A stretch of DNA of 64,000 nt from an uncultured Clostridia bacterium (GCA_904420015.1 CAJFTS010000033.1:66523-130522), one strand, 5' to 3'; numbered from the stretch's first letter, positions 28,627-38,492 are shown. A program made the numbers and translations. Notes: generated by a model from the letters alone, not told the origin.

Positions 28627-29970
28627 TTACCAAGGGTATTCCCTGCCGTCGTAGCTGTAAAGGGCGAGCGCATCTTCGTTTTGCCGGTCGGACAGGAAAT
28701 ACGAAAGGGCCAGCCTCGCCCCCTCTTCCGGCTCCAAGTCCGCCGCCAGGTTCTTTTCTCCCAGCATATAGGTGCGCAGGTATCCCGGATGGTAAAGGCG
28801 GAAGGTGTATCCCTTCGGACGCAGGCAGTGAAACCAGATCTGCGTCCCCATGTTGACCGCCGCCTTGGACATGCTGTAGCCGAACGCATTGTCCCGCCAG
28901 CAGGCCCCGATGCTGCCCGCTTCCGAGGAGACCACGCAGACCCGACGCAATCCGCTTTGCTCCATCCGCGGCGCAAACGCTTCTAAGAGCAGCACCGGGC
29001 CTAAGGCGTTGACCCGGTAATCCCACAGCATTTCGTCGGGATGCAGCCCGCTTTCATACCGGTCGTCCTCATGGCGGCCATAGACGCCGGCGTTGCTGAT
29101 GAGAAGGTCGAGAGTGCCCACCGTACCTGCGGTATATTTCCCGGCCGCCTGGATGCTGTCCGGATCGGTCACATCCAGCGGCGTGACCCAAAGCCGCTGG
29201 GGGAATTCCTCCGAAAGCCGCGGCAAAAAGGAGGCCGTGGAATCATATTCCCCCGCCACCACCTGCCAGTTACGCCGCAGCAAAGACTCGGTTAAACCGA
29301 AGCCCAGGCCCCGGCCTGCGCCGGTAACCAGCGCCGTCCCCACCGGCTTTGTACAAAATTGCACGGCGTTTTTCAAAAGCGTTTGAAACCCGGGCGCGCT
29401 CCACGACTGTGGGTTATGGGCCGGGGTAACGCAGCAAACCCTTCCAAACCCATATTCCTTCGTCCACACCGCCGGCTGGCTTCCATGCGCGCTTTCCAGG
29501 GTTGCGTGCACGGTTGCCGTCCGATCGCAGAGGCGCATGACATAAAACTCATCGGTGATGGGGAACGGGGGCACCCCTTCCATCAGGGGGCTTTCCTCTT
29601 CACAGGGGGTCAAGGTGACCGGGCACTGAGCGGGATGGGTCAAAAAGACGCCCCCCAGCAGCCGTTCCATCCGTTCGTTGCCGTCGTAGCAGGTGCCGGA
29701 ATGAACCGCCAGCAGCCCGCCGCCTTCCTTCACAAATTCCTCCAGCGCGTTAAGGCTCTCCCCGGTCAGCCACGGGGTATCGTCCTCCATCGTGCGCTGG
29801 TCCGATTTGGACAGGATGACCAAAGAGTAAGGGTCGAGCCCTTGTGGCGTGAGCCCGCGGCCGTCCTCCCAAAACACAAAGGAAAGCCCTCCTTCCTCCA
29901 AAGGCGCCAGCCCCTCTCGGACGGTCTTTCCCGCGTGATAGGTATCGTCGCAAAGCACCAAAACGCGCAT
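28627..29970 (-). CDS. ThuA-like domain fused to short-chain dehydrogenase
   Basis: N-half GGGLLAVHS, DEFY, GFGRV..PAH; C-half TGAGRGLG, SNAG, YSMSK; start ATG 29970. Confidence 0.8.
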   Translation of the reverse strand: MRVLVLCDDTYHAGKTVREGLAPLEEGGLSFVFWEDGRGLTPQGLDPYSLVILSKSDQRTMEDDTPWLTGESLNALEEFVKEGGGLLAVHSGTCYDGNERMERLLGGVFLTHPAQCPVTLTPCEEESPLMEGVPPFPITDEFYVMRLCDRTATVHATLESAHGSQPAVWTKEYGFGRVCCVTPAHNPQSWSAPGFQTLLKNAVQFCTKPVGTALVTGAGRGLGFGLTESLLRRNWQVVAGEYDSTASFLPRLSEEFPQRLWVTPLDVTDPDSIQAAGKYTAGTVGTLDLLISNAGVYGRHEDDRYESGLHPDEMLWDYRVNALGPVLLLEAFAPRMEQSGLRRVCVVSSEAGSIGACWRDNAFGYSMSKAAVNMGTQIWFHCLRPKGYTFRLYHPGYLRTYMLGEKNLAADLEPEEGARLALSYFLSDRQNEDALALYSYDGREYPW

Positions 29971-30136
29971 CGGTATCCTCCCCTTCCCTTCAAGTGAGTT
30001 TATTCTATCATTTCGCCGCCGCCAAGGCAATCCCTTTTCCCGCGCCTCTATTTTTATTCCAGACTTGGAAACAAACGCCTTATAAGAATATTCACAATTC
30101 CTTTACAAACAGGCAATCTTATACAAGCGTTTAATA

Positions 30137-30165
30137 TTGACACCTCCGCCGCAGCGTGGTATCAT
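30137..30165 (+). promoter_or_regulatory. sigmaA promoter of TetR-MMPL operon
   Basis: TTGACA-17 nt-TATCAT with TG extension. Confidence 0.8.
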
Positions 30166-30213
30166 AAATTTGTAATAATGAACGCTTGTTTAACTTTCCA
30201 AGTCTTTTAGGAG

Positions 30214-30798
30214 GTGAGCCATATGCAGGTGCAAAAGGACGATGTGCGCAACAAAATCATCGCCTCCGCTACCGAGGAGTTTCTCAACGCAGGCTACCAG
30301 CAGTCGTCCATGCGCTCCATCGCCGCCAAGGCCGGCATTACGGTGGGAAACGTCTACGCCTATTTCGGCGGGAAGGCCGCGCTCTTTGAAAGCATCATCT
30401 CTCCGGTATGGGAGTCCCTCAACGAGCTGATTTCCATCCAGGTGGACCCGACGGAGCCCATCACCCTCCCCACCATCCGCCAGATCACCGACCGGATTAC
30501 CGAGACCTTTCTGGAAAACCGGCCCCAGTTTCTGATCTTGATGAACAAAAGCGCAGGCAGTCCGTATAAAAATGCAAGGGGGGAGCTTTCGTCGCTGGTC
30601 AGCCGGAGGCTGTACCGGGAAATTCTTCCCCAGCACGACCCTCTGCTGGCCGACGCCATGGCGGGGGCAATCCTGGAAGGGATCTTCACGGTATTCAACC
30701 ATTGCGGCGCCGACGCCGGACGGCTGCGCACCCTGATTCGTGAGCTTTTGGGCATGCTGCTGGGCGGCATTCCCTGCAAAGCGCACGATCCGGCATAA
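30214..30798 (+). CDS. TetR/AcrR-family regulator
   Basis: SATEEFLNAGYQQSSMRSIAAKAGITVGNVYAYF HTH; start may be 30223. Confidence 0.92.
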   Translation: MSHMQVQKDDVRNKIIASATEEFLNAGYQQSSMRSIAAKAGITVGNVYAYFGGKAALFESIISPVWESLNELISIQVDPTEPITLPTIRQITDRITETFLENRPQFLILMNKSAGSPYKNARGELSSLVSRRLYREILPQHDPLLADAMAGAILEGIFTVFNHCGADAGRLRTLIRELLGMLLGGIPCKAHDPA

Positions 30799-32921
30799 TG
30801 GGGAGGTGGTCGAATTTGGACCGGATTTTGCATTTCATTCTCCACCACCGGATCTTGATCGGCTGTATCTTTCTGGTGATGGTAGCGGCGAGCCTTGTGA
30901 TGATTCCGATGGTGCAGGTCAATTACGACCTGTCGGAGTATCTGCCGGAGGAATCCACCACCAAGCAGGCCATTACCGTGCTGGAGGAGCAGTTCAGCTA
31001 TCCCGGCACCGCCTCGGTCATGGTGGAGGACGTATCGCTGCAGGAGGCGGCGGCGATTAAGAAATCCATCGAAGGGGTGGAAAACGTATCGGCGGTGCTG
31101 TGGCTCGACTCGGTGGCCGACCTCAACCAGCCGCTGGAGTTTATCGACCAGGCCTACCTGGACGCCTACTATAAGGACGGGGCGGCCCTGTTTACCGTCG
31201 AGTTTTCCGAGGGGAGCTATTCCCTCAACACCGGCGCGGCTTTGGAGGAAATCCGCACCGTGACCGACAAGCCGATGTACATCACCGGCGCGGCGGAAGA
31301 AAACCGCAACATGAACGGCGTTATGAGCCAGGAGATCGCCACCATCGTGATGGTGGTCATCCCTCTTTGCATCCTGATCCTCATTCTGGCCTCTTCCACC
31401 TGGATCGAGCCGTTCATTCTGCTGTTCGTCATCGGCGTGTCCATTGTCATCAACATGGGCACCAACCTTTTCTTTGGGGAGGTTTCCTTCATCACCCACG
31501 GTATGGCCGCGATTTTACAGCTGGCTATGTCTATGGACTATTCCCTCTTTTTGATGCACCGGTATCTGGAGGAGCGCAAAAAGACCGATCGTGTTTACGA
31601 CGCGGTGGTAACCGCCACCAAGGCCTCCGTCTCCTCCATCGCCGCCTCCAGCCTGACGACGGTGGCGGGCTTTCTGGCCCTGGTATTCATGCAGTACTCC
31701 ATCGGCGCGGACCTGGGGCTTGTACTGGCTAAGGGAATCGTCATCAGCTTTTTCAGCGTCATCATTCTGACCCCCATCATCATCGTGACTTTCCACAAGG
31801 CAATCGAAAAGAGCGCCCACCGGCAGCTGATGCCTCAATTCGGAAAACTGGGACGAGGGGTGCTCAAATCCCGCTGGGTCATCATCGGGGTGGTACTGGT
31901 GCTTTCGGTCCCCTGCTTCCTGGCCCAAAACAACAACGCCTTCCTTTACGGGGATTCCTCGGGCAGCTCGGCCCAGGGGGAGGTGGCTGTGGCCAAGCAA
32001 AAGGTGGAGGACACCTTCGGCATCAGCAATCCCGTCATCCTTTTGGTGCCAAACGACAGCGTCGCAAAGGAAACCCAGCTGGCAAACGAGCTGGAGGGGC
32101 TGGACGCGGTGGGAAGCGTACAGGCGTTGGCTACCATGGCCGACCCGGCCATTCCCCGGGATATGGTACCCAAAGCGGTGCAGGATATGTTCGTGTCGGA
32201 GGACTACAGCCGTATGATCGTTTCGCTGAACATCGACGGCGAGTCGAACGCCACCTTTGCGGCGGTGGAAGAGATCCAGGCCGCCGCCCAGCGGTATTAT
32301 CCGGACCAGTGGCTGGCCGCCGGCACCTCCACCAGTGTGTTGGACATTAAGGACACGGTATCGCAGGATATTATGGTGGTCAACCTCTTCTCCATCCTGG
32401 CGGTGGGACTGATTATCCTGCTGATTCAGAGGTCGGTGTCCATCCCGGTGATCCTCGTTTTCGTCATTGAGGCGTCCATCTGGATCAATATGAGCGTGCC
32501 GTATTTCTCCGGCTCTAAGCTGCTGTTCATCGGCTACTTGGTGGTAAGCTCCCTGCAGCTGGGCGCCACCATCGACTACGCCATCCTGCTCACCACCCGC
32601 TATACGGAGTTTCGCAGGCTCCAGCCGCCCAGAGAAGCAGCCGTATCCGCCATCAAGACGGCGGGGCCGTCGGTGGTCATTTCCGTCTTGATTCTGGCGA
32701 CAGCCGGCTTCTCCTACGGCCTTCTTTCCCAGATCGGGTCCATCAGCGAGATCGGGACCCTGCTCGGACGGGGCGCGGCTCTCAGCGGCGTGCTGGTGCT
32801 GACCCTTCTCCCCGTCCTGCTGACGCTCCTGGATCCGGTGATCCGGGTCACCACTCTGGGCACCAAGGAGTTTGTGAAAACCTCCCGTTTACAAAAACGG
32901 ATGGAAAACAAAAAGAAATAA
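30798..32921 (+). CDS. MMPL/RND-family transporter
   Basis: Two repeats of TM plus extracytoplasmic domain; MSMDYSLF and GATIDYAIL motifs. Confidence 0.88.
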   Translation: MGRWSNLDRILHFILHHRILIGCIFLVMVAASLVMIPMVQVNYDLSEYLPEESTTKQAITVLEEQFSYPGTASVMVEDVSLQEAAAIKKSIEGVENVSAVLWLDSVADLNQPLEFIDQAYLDAYYKDGAALFTVEFSEGSYSLNTGAALEEIRTVTDKPMYITGAAEENRNMNGVMSQEIATIVMVVIPLCILILILASSTWIEPFILLFVIGVSIVINMGTNLFFGEVSFITHGMAAILQLAMSMDYSLFLMHRYLEERKKTDRVYDAVVTATKASVSSIAASSLTTVAGFLALVFMQYSIGADLGLVLAKGIVISFFSVIILTPIIIVTFHKAIEKSAHRQLMPQFGKLGRGVLKSRWVIIGVVLVLSVPCFLAQNNNAFLYGDSSGSSAQGEVAVAKQKVEDTFGISNPVILLVPNDSVAKETQLANELEGLDAVGSVQALATMADPAIPRDMVPKAVQDMFVSEDYSRMIVSLNIDGESNATFAAVEEIQAAAQRYYPDQWLAAGTSTSVLDIKDTVSQDIMVVNLFSILAVGLIILLIQRSVSIPVILVFVIEASIWINMSVPYFSGSKLLFIGYLVVSSLQLGATIDYAILLTTRYTEFRRLQPPREAAVSAIKTAGPSVVISVLILATAGFSYGLLSQIGSISEIGTLLGRGAALSGVLVLTLLPVLLTLLDPVIRVTTLGTKEFVKTSRLQKRMENKKK

Positions 32922-32988
32922 GCTTCCTGCTGCGGGGCCGTCATCCGGTCCCGCCGGGCAGATCCTCAACGCGAAAGGAGCGATTGCA

Positions 32989-34611
32989 ATGAAACGGGTT
33001 TTATCCATCTTGCTCACGGCGGTGCTGCTGCTTACCACCGCCACCTTCGCCTCGGCCTCCACCCCCTCGGTCCAACTGACGGCAGTCCCTGAGCAGACGG
33101 AAGAGGAAACGGCGGGCGCAGCCAGTGAGGCGCAGGCCATCGACAAAGACGAAACGGTTTACGTCACGCTCAACAACGACGGCTCCGTCGCCTCCATGTA
33201 TGTGGTCAATCACCTGGAGACCCCGGCCAGCGGCGTATACACCGACTTCGGCAGCTATTCGGACATCCAGAATCTGACCGACTCGCAGACGCCGGTGGTG
33301 GAGGGAGACGCCATCTCCTTTACCCTGGAGGAAAGCGAAAAGGGCTTTTATTACCAAGGTACACCGGTTTCCGGCGAGCTTCCCTTTACCTATGAATTTC
33401 TCTATTCCTTAAACGGGAAATCCATCGATCCCCAGGATCTGATCGGCCAATCGGGGAAGGTGGAAATTACCATTCTGGTACATCCCAACCCCAACGCCAA
33501 GCCCTATTTTGCGGAAAATTACCTCTCCCAGATTCAGCTGCCTTTAAACCTGGACATCTGCTCGAAGATCAACGCGCCCGGCGCCACCACCGTGATCGTG
33601 GGGCGTACCGCCACCTTGGCCTATATGGCTCTGGCCGGGCGGGAGGGCGAATACCACCTGTCCTTTGAAGCGAAAAACTTTTCCATGGACGCCGTCAGCA
33701 TTACCTGCTCCTATTTCGACGTCAACAGCTTTGTGGATGTGGACACCCAGGAAATCAAAGACGCCGTGAACCAGATGTCCGACGCCACCGGCCAGCTTTA
33801 TGACGGCACCATCCAGCTCAAGAACGGGCTTTCCGCCCTCTCCGGCGGGCTCGATCAGTTGGCGCAGGGCGCGCAGCAGGCCCAAACGGGCGCCGGCGCC
33901 CTCAGCGGCGGCATCGACGATTATACCGACGCGGTCAAGGCCCTGTCAGACGGGTGCGATACGATTACCGCCGCCGTCGACGGCTTCCTCGTGCAGGGAG
34001 AACAGATGCTCGGCTCTTACACCGAAATCAAGGAATGGGCGGAGGAAGCCCTCTCCTATGTCAGGGAGCTCATCACCTCCCTGCTTCCACAGGCCATGCA
34101 GCCGGAAATCCTGGAGCGTCTCGCCGAAGCGGAGGAACAGCTTGCGGCTATGGATGAAAAAATTACGATGCTTTCCAGCGGCATCGAGCAGCTGGCAGGG
34201 GGGATTCGTTCTCTCAACGACGGCCTGGCCCAGCTCAAGGATAACAGCGGCAGTCTGAAGGATGGAGCGGCCCAAATGCAGGAGGGCCTCGCGGCCCTGT
34301 CCGCCGGCCTTGACCAAATTTCCACCCAGAGCGCGGCCATTCCCTCGGAGGTACAGAAGCTGGCCGACGGCCAGCAGCTGCTGCACGAGGGGATCGGGGA
34401 ATCCTCCTCTTATCTGGATCAGTTCGATTTCCTGGAGAAGAGTGGGGAGGCCGCCGTTCCGGTTTCCTTTGTCTCGGACAAAATCGTTCCCAACTCGGTG
34501 CAGTTTGTCATCCAAACGCCGGCCCTGTCCCAGGAAACCACGAAGGAAGCGCCGGAGGAACCCCAGGAGGACAAAAGCTTTTTCGACCGTTTGCTTGACC
34601 TTTTCCGGTAA
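32989..34611 (+). CDS. Secreted YhgE/Pip-like coiled-coil protein
   Basis: Signal peptide; DKDETVYV N-domain; LxxGxxxLxxG heptads; VSFVS...VQFVIQT tail. Confidence 0.75.
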   Translation: MKRVLSILLTAVLLLTTATFASASTPSVQLTAVPEQTEEETAGAASEAQAIDKDETVYVTLNNDGSVASMYVVNHLETPASGVYTDFGSYSDIQNLTDSQTPVVEGDAISFTLEESEKGFYYQGTPVSGELPFTYEFLYSLNGKSIDPQDLIGQSGKVEITILVHPNPNAKPYFAENYLSQIQLPLNLDICSKINAPGATTVIVGRTATLAYMALAGREGEYHLSFEAKNFSMDAVSITCSYFDVNSFVDVDTQEIKDAVNQMSDATGQLYDGTIQLKNGLSALSGGLDQLAQGAQQAQTGAGALSGGIDDYTDAVKALSDGCDTITAAVDGFLVQGEQMLGSYTEIKEWAEEALSYVRELITSLLPQAMQPEILERLAEAEEQLAAMDEKITMLSSGIEQLAGGIRSLNDGLAQLKDNSGSLKDGAAQMQEGLAALSAGLDQISTQSAAIPSEVQKLADGQQLLHEGIGESSSYLDQFDFLEKSGEAAVPVSFVSDKIVPNSVQFVIQTPALSQETTKEAPEEPQEDKSFFDRLLDLFR

Positions 34612-34642
34612 ACGATCACAGAATAAGCCTTCGCAAATTTAT

Positions 34643-34683
34643 AAACCGGCTTTCCATCCAATAGAGATGGAAAGCCGGTTTTT
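34643..34683 (+). terminator. Intrinsic terminator
   Basis: aaaccggctttccatc...gatggaaagccggttttt. Confidence 0.85.
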
Positions 34684-34689
34684 GCTCCC

Positions 34690-35385
34690 AAAGTTCCTTT
34701 TCGGACAGAGGATGCAAAGGGTGTCTCCTATTTCCCTGCCGATTGTTCTTCCCGCTTTTCCGGCCGCAGCCTTTGTACAATCCTTTTGCGGTTTTGAACG
34801 CTTTGCACGGCTTTTGTAATTCCAAGATCCCATAGTCAAAACCAATACAACGGCAAAGCGGCCGGGCCGGATCGTGCCGAAGCCAGCCTATCCGCGCCAA
34901 GCGTGTCACAAAGCACGGCATTTTGTCCCTCTTGCCCCACAGCCTGTAACAGGCGGCCATCGCTGCGCCTTCTGCTTTTCTGCCCGGCCGCGGCTGTTCC
35001 ACCCCCTTGCGGCGGAAAGGAAACCGGTTTTAGCGGCGCCTCATTTCTGCCGGCGCCGTTCTCCGCAAATCAAAACCAGCAGGGGCGGAAGGGCACAGTT
35101 GCCAGAAGGGAGGGAAGATAACGGAGGGGTAATGGATTGCGAAGGGGTGCCCTGCGCCGTCCCGTCAATGGGGAATCCCCCCTCCGGTTCCGGCAGTTGA
35201 AGCACAACCTGCCATCTTCCGCATTGCAAAAACGGATCCTTTTCCGCAACCCTGATGCCAAAGCTTTCACCGTCCGAAACCAGAACCAGGGGGACATCCT
35301 GTTGCCTGCTGGCAAGAATCATAACCACCGGCCGTGCCGGTGGTTTGCACAGGCCCCCTTAGGGCCTTTTGCCAGCCGAGCCTAT
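34690..35385 (+). repeat. Head-to-tail array of degenerate palindrome-ended elements (unit starts ~34835, 35069, 35318, plus a partial unit before 34835)
   Basis: (g/a)tca(a/t)aacc starts 234 and 249 bp apart; interior blocks colinear with copy C. Confidence 0.6.
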
Positions 35386-35588
35386 AGGCTCACTAATAAT
35401 ATTTCTTTTGCATGTGGTGCCCCATTGCTATTAAAAATAGCGGTGGGGTGTATCCCTTTCAGTTTTCCATATCTTTCATGCTCTGCCATTTTGTTTTTGT
35501 AACGTTTCCTCGCTTCGCTCGAATATTTTTTCTGGGCATCGCTAAACGCTTTTTGGAACCACCAGCACAGTTGATGGTATTCTATAAC

Positions 35589-35632
35589 AAAAAAACCGCG
35601 CGCTTCCAATAAAAGAAAGCACGCGGTTTTTC
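35589..35632 (-). terminator. Terminator downstream of DHHW gene
   Basis: aaaaaaaccgcg.gctt...aagc.cgcggttttt inverted repeat. Confidence 0.75.
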
Positions 35633-35651
35633 TTTTTTCCGTGATCGTCTT

Positions 35652-37061
35652 TTAGATAATGGATTCCAGCTTGGAAAGATAATTCTTCTCCTGGGCGGCG
35701 AAAGCGTAATTCATCACCAGCACGTCGTCAATTTGATGCTCGCGGACAAAGTCGGTGATATGGAAGCTGTCGCCGAACACCTTGGACACATGCCGCGGAT
35801 CCACCACGTACACCTCGGAATAGTGGTCCATCAGGAAGGGGATGAAGGCGTTGCCGAAGGAATCCTTGGTCATAAGCAGCTTTTTGCCGGTGCCGCAGTC
35901 GCTGGTAAACTTAATCAGCGCCGAGTCCCCGCAGAAGCAGTCGTAAGCATAAGAAGGATTGTCAAGCCCGGTCTTAACCGCCGGGATTTGATATTGAACC
36001 GTGAAATTTGCATCGCCGTAAATCTCTCCACTGTGACTGCTCAGCGGTACATAATAATCCAGGTAATCGGGATTGTCCCGCACCTTGTCGGACTGGGGAT
36101 AGTTCTTTGCGGCCTTATAGAGGGTCCCCAAGAAATTGTCGTACCGCCCAGTCTGGTATTCGCTCAGGTCGTGGGCCTGGAACCCGGCCGATTCGCAAAA
36201 GGCGGTATAGGCGTAGTAGGCGCCCAGCTGGGTCCAGTGGTGGTCGGAGCGGAAATAGATATACTCGTCGGTGTGGTTGCGCAGCTTTCCATAGGCGTTG
36301 ACCTGGATGACGTCGTCGGACAGGTTCTCCTTGAGGATTTCCAGCGTGCGCAGCTGGGATTTATTCCCTGTGTGATATTGATTGGGGGAATAAAACTCCA
36401 CCGCCGTGGGGGCCGTCAGCGAAAAGACACGGCATTCGGGCAGCTGCTCCTTGATGGAATTGACCAGCTGCGCATGGATAGGCAGATAGGTGGGGCTGAC
36501 GGTATACAGCTCCATAATGCGGTCCTTGAGAATAATGGTATAATTTTCCTTGACCTCCGCATCCACATTTCCTTGGATGTCCACCGGCGTGTTGTTGTCC
36601 GGCTCGGAGGAGGACGCCTCCTGCGAGGAGGAGGGCGCCTGCTGGGAGCTGGAAGGATCGGAGCCGGACGAGACCTGTGAGGAGGAAGGCGCGGAGCTTT
36701 CTTCCTCCCCGCCGATCCCCTCCTGGTTTCCCTTGATGATGGTCATATCATCCCCGGTGGGAACGTAGTAGAGGTTATTGAGAAACTTATTGACCGACAG
36801 AAACATGTTCCGAAACGGAAACTGGTCGGTATAATAGGCGTCGAGCTGCTGAAAGTATTCGCCGGAAAACAGCGTTTCCAAAGAAAAGCTGGGCCATTGG
36901 GACAGCTCCCGGTTTTCATCCTCCGACACCTGCGCCTGTCCGTCCACCAAGGAAACGACGCCCAGGAAGAGCAGCGGAATGATGAAGGTCAGGCACAAAA
37001 TGCCGGTAAACAGGCCGCGGCGGCGCCGCCGCGCTTCTTTTTCAAGCTGCAAATCTCGCAT
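35652..37061 (-). CDS. DHHW-family (AlgX/AlgJ-like) membrane-anchored protein
   Basis: N-terminal TM, ENRELSQWP, DQFPFR, SDHHWT, KDSFGN; Ser-rich linker. Confidence 0.85.
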   Translation of the reverse strand: MRDLQLEKEARRRRRGLFTGILCLTFIIPLLFLGVVSLVDGQAQVSEDENRELSQWPSFSLETLFSGEYFQQLDAYYTDQFPFRNMFLSVNKFLNNLYYVPTGDDMTIIKGNQEGIGGEEESSAPSSSQVSSGSDPSSSQQAPSSSQEASSSEPDNNTPVDIQGNVDAEVKENYTIILKDRIMELYTVSPTYLPIHAQLVNSIKEQLPECRVFSLTAPTAVEFYSPNQYHTGNKSQLRTLEILKENLSDDVIQVNAYGKLRNHTDEYIYFRSDHHWTQLGAYYAYTAFCESAGFQAHDLSEYQTGRYDNFLGTLYKAAKNYPQSDKVRDNPDYLDYYVPLSSHSGEIYGDANFTVQYQIPAVKTGLDNPSYAYDCFCGDSALIKFTSDCGTGKKLLMTKDSFGNAFIPFLMDHYSEVYVVDPRHVSKVFGDSFHITDFVREHQIDDVLVMNYAFAAQEKNYLSKLESII

Positions 37062-37076
37062 GTTGTCCTTCCCCCC

Positions 37077-38492
37077 TTAAAACCGAAAATAAAGAAACGG
37101 GTTATAGCTCTGCCCCACCAACGAAGCGGTGCAGAAAAAGAGCACACCCACCATATAGACAAAGTTGAGCGAAAACTGCACCGCCATGCCGGCATTGCTT
37201 TTTTGGCCCATATAATTGACAAGCTTTTTGGCATACTTCGACAGCGGCAGGCAGGCGATCACCGCAATGACGGCGAACAGAGAATTGTTGATAATCAGCG
37301 TCTGGGAGGTGGTATCGATCAGGCCGTTGGGACTGGCGAAGAAGAAGCTTTGGAAAAAGGTTCCCAGCTGCCCGAGATCGGTAAAATAGAAGAAGGCCCA
37401 GCCGATTAATACCACCAGCAGCGAGTAGGGCCGCTTGACATACCAAGGCATCTGCTCCATCCTTCCCTTGAGCACCACCTTCTCAAAGAAGAGGAAAACA
37501 AAATAATAAAGCCCCCAAAGGATGAAGTTCCAGCTGGCGCCGTGCCACAGGCCGGTCAGCGACCAAACCACCAGGAGGTTGAATACCAAATGCCTGCGGT
37601 TGCCGCCCAAGGGGATGTAAACGTAGTCCCGGAAGAAGGTGCTCAGGGAAATGTGCCAGCGGCGCCAGAAATCGGTGATGGAGGTACAGATATACGGGTA
37701 ATTGAAATTCTCCGGATACTGGAACCCGAAAATCTTACCCAGGCCGATGGCCATGTCGGAATAGCCGGAGAAGTCGAAATAGATCTGGACGGCGAACATA
37801 AAGATGCCGAACCAGGCCCCCGCCGTGGTCAGCTCCGGCAGGTTGCTGGAAAGAAGCTGCTCACATACCGAGCCGGCATAATTGGCGATAAGCACCTTTT
37901 TGGCCAAGCCGGTTAGGAACCGGATGGCTCCGCTTTTAAACCCGGCCAGGGTGGTGGTGCGGTTGTCGATCTGCTCGGCTACGTCGGTATAACGTACAAT
38001 CGGCCCCGCGATCAACTGCGGGAACAGCGAAACATAGAGCAGAAAATTGGAAAACTTCATCTGTGCTTTGGTATTCCCGCGGTAGACGTCGATGGTATAG
38101 CTTAACGTTTGGAAGGTATAAAAAGAAATGCCGATGGGCAGGGCGAATTCGGCATAGGGCAGGTGAGCCGAAAAAAGGCCGTTGATGCTTTGGATAAAGA
38201 AGGCCGAGTATTTAAATACACCCAAAAGCCCGAGATTGATGACAATGGAGGAAACAAGCGCCATTTTCGCATATTTGGTTCCCCGGTTTGCCTCAATAAT
38301 CCGGCCGTTGAAGTAGTCGACAAACCCGGAAAAAATCAGAAGGATCACCCACACCGGTTCGCCCCAAGCGTAAAAGAGCAGGGAAAGGACCAGAAGGATG
38401 ACGTTTTTGACCCGTATCTTTTTTGCAAGAAAATACAAAATCAGGCAAATGGGAAGAAACAGGTAGAGGAAAATCAAGCTGGAGAAAACCAT
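37077..38492 (-). CDS. MBOAT O-acyltransferase (AlgI/DltB-like)
   Basis: MVFSS, LPIGISFYTFQ, FPQLIAGPIVRY, YFDFSGYSDMA, FWRRWHISLS, GLWHGA. Confidence 0.93.
   Translation of the reverse strand: MVFSSLIFLYLFLPICLILYFLAKKIRVKNVILLVLSLLFYAWGEPVWVILLIFSGFVDYFNGRIIEANRGTKYAKMALVSSIVINLGLLGVFKYSAFFIQSINGLFSAHLPYAEFALPIGISFYTFQTLSYTIDVYRGNTKAQMKFSNFLLYVSLFPQLIAGPIVRYTDVAEQIDNRTTTLAGFKSGAIRFLTGLAKKVLIANYAGSVCEQLLSSNLPELTTAGAWFGIFMFAVQIYFDFSGYSDMAIGLGKIFGFQYPENFNYPYICTSITDFWRRWHISLSTFFRDYVYIPLGGNRRHLVFNLLVVWSLTGLWHGASWNFILWGLYYFVFLFFEKVVLKGRMEQMPWYVKRPYSLLVVLIGWAFFYFTDLGQLGTFFQSFFFASPNGLIDTTSQTLIINNSLFAVIAVIACLPLSKYAKKLVNYMGQKSNAGMAVQFSLNFVYMVGVLFFCTASLVGQSYNPFLYFRF

Noticed and set aside
34690-35385. 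Possible CRISPR array or housekeeping ncRNA (RNase P, SRP, tmRNA, 6S)
   Set aside because: No short identical repeats with unique spacers, no cas genes, and I could not find the signature motifs of those RNAs.
35382-35609. 75-aa AT-rich ORF after the DHHW terminator
   Set aside because: Starts inside the terminator, with no RBS or recognisable domain; possibly a foreign relic but unsupported.
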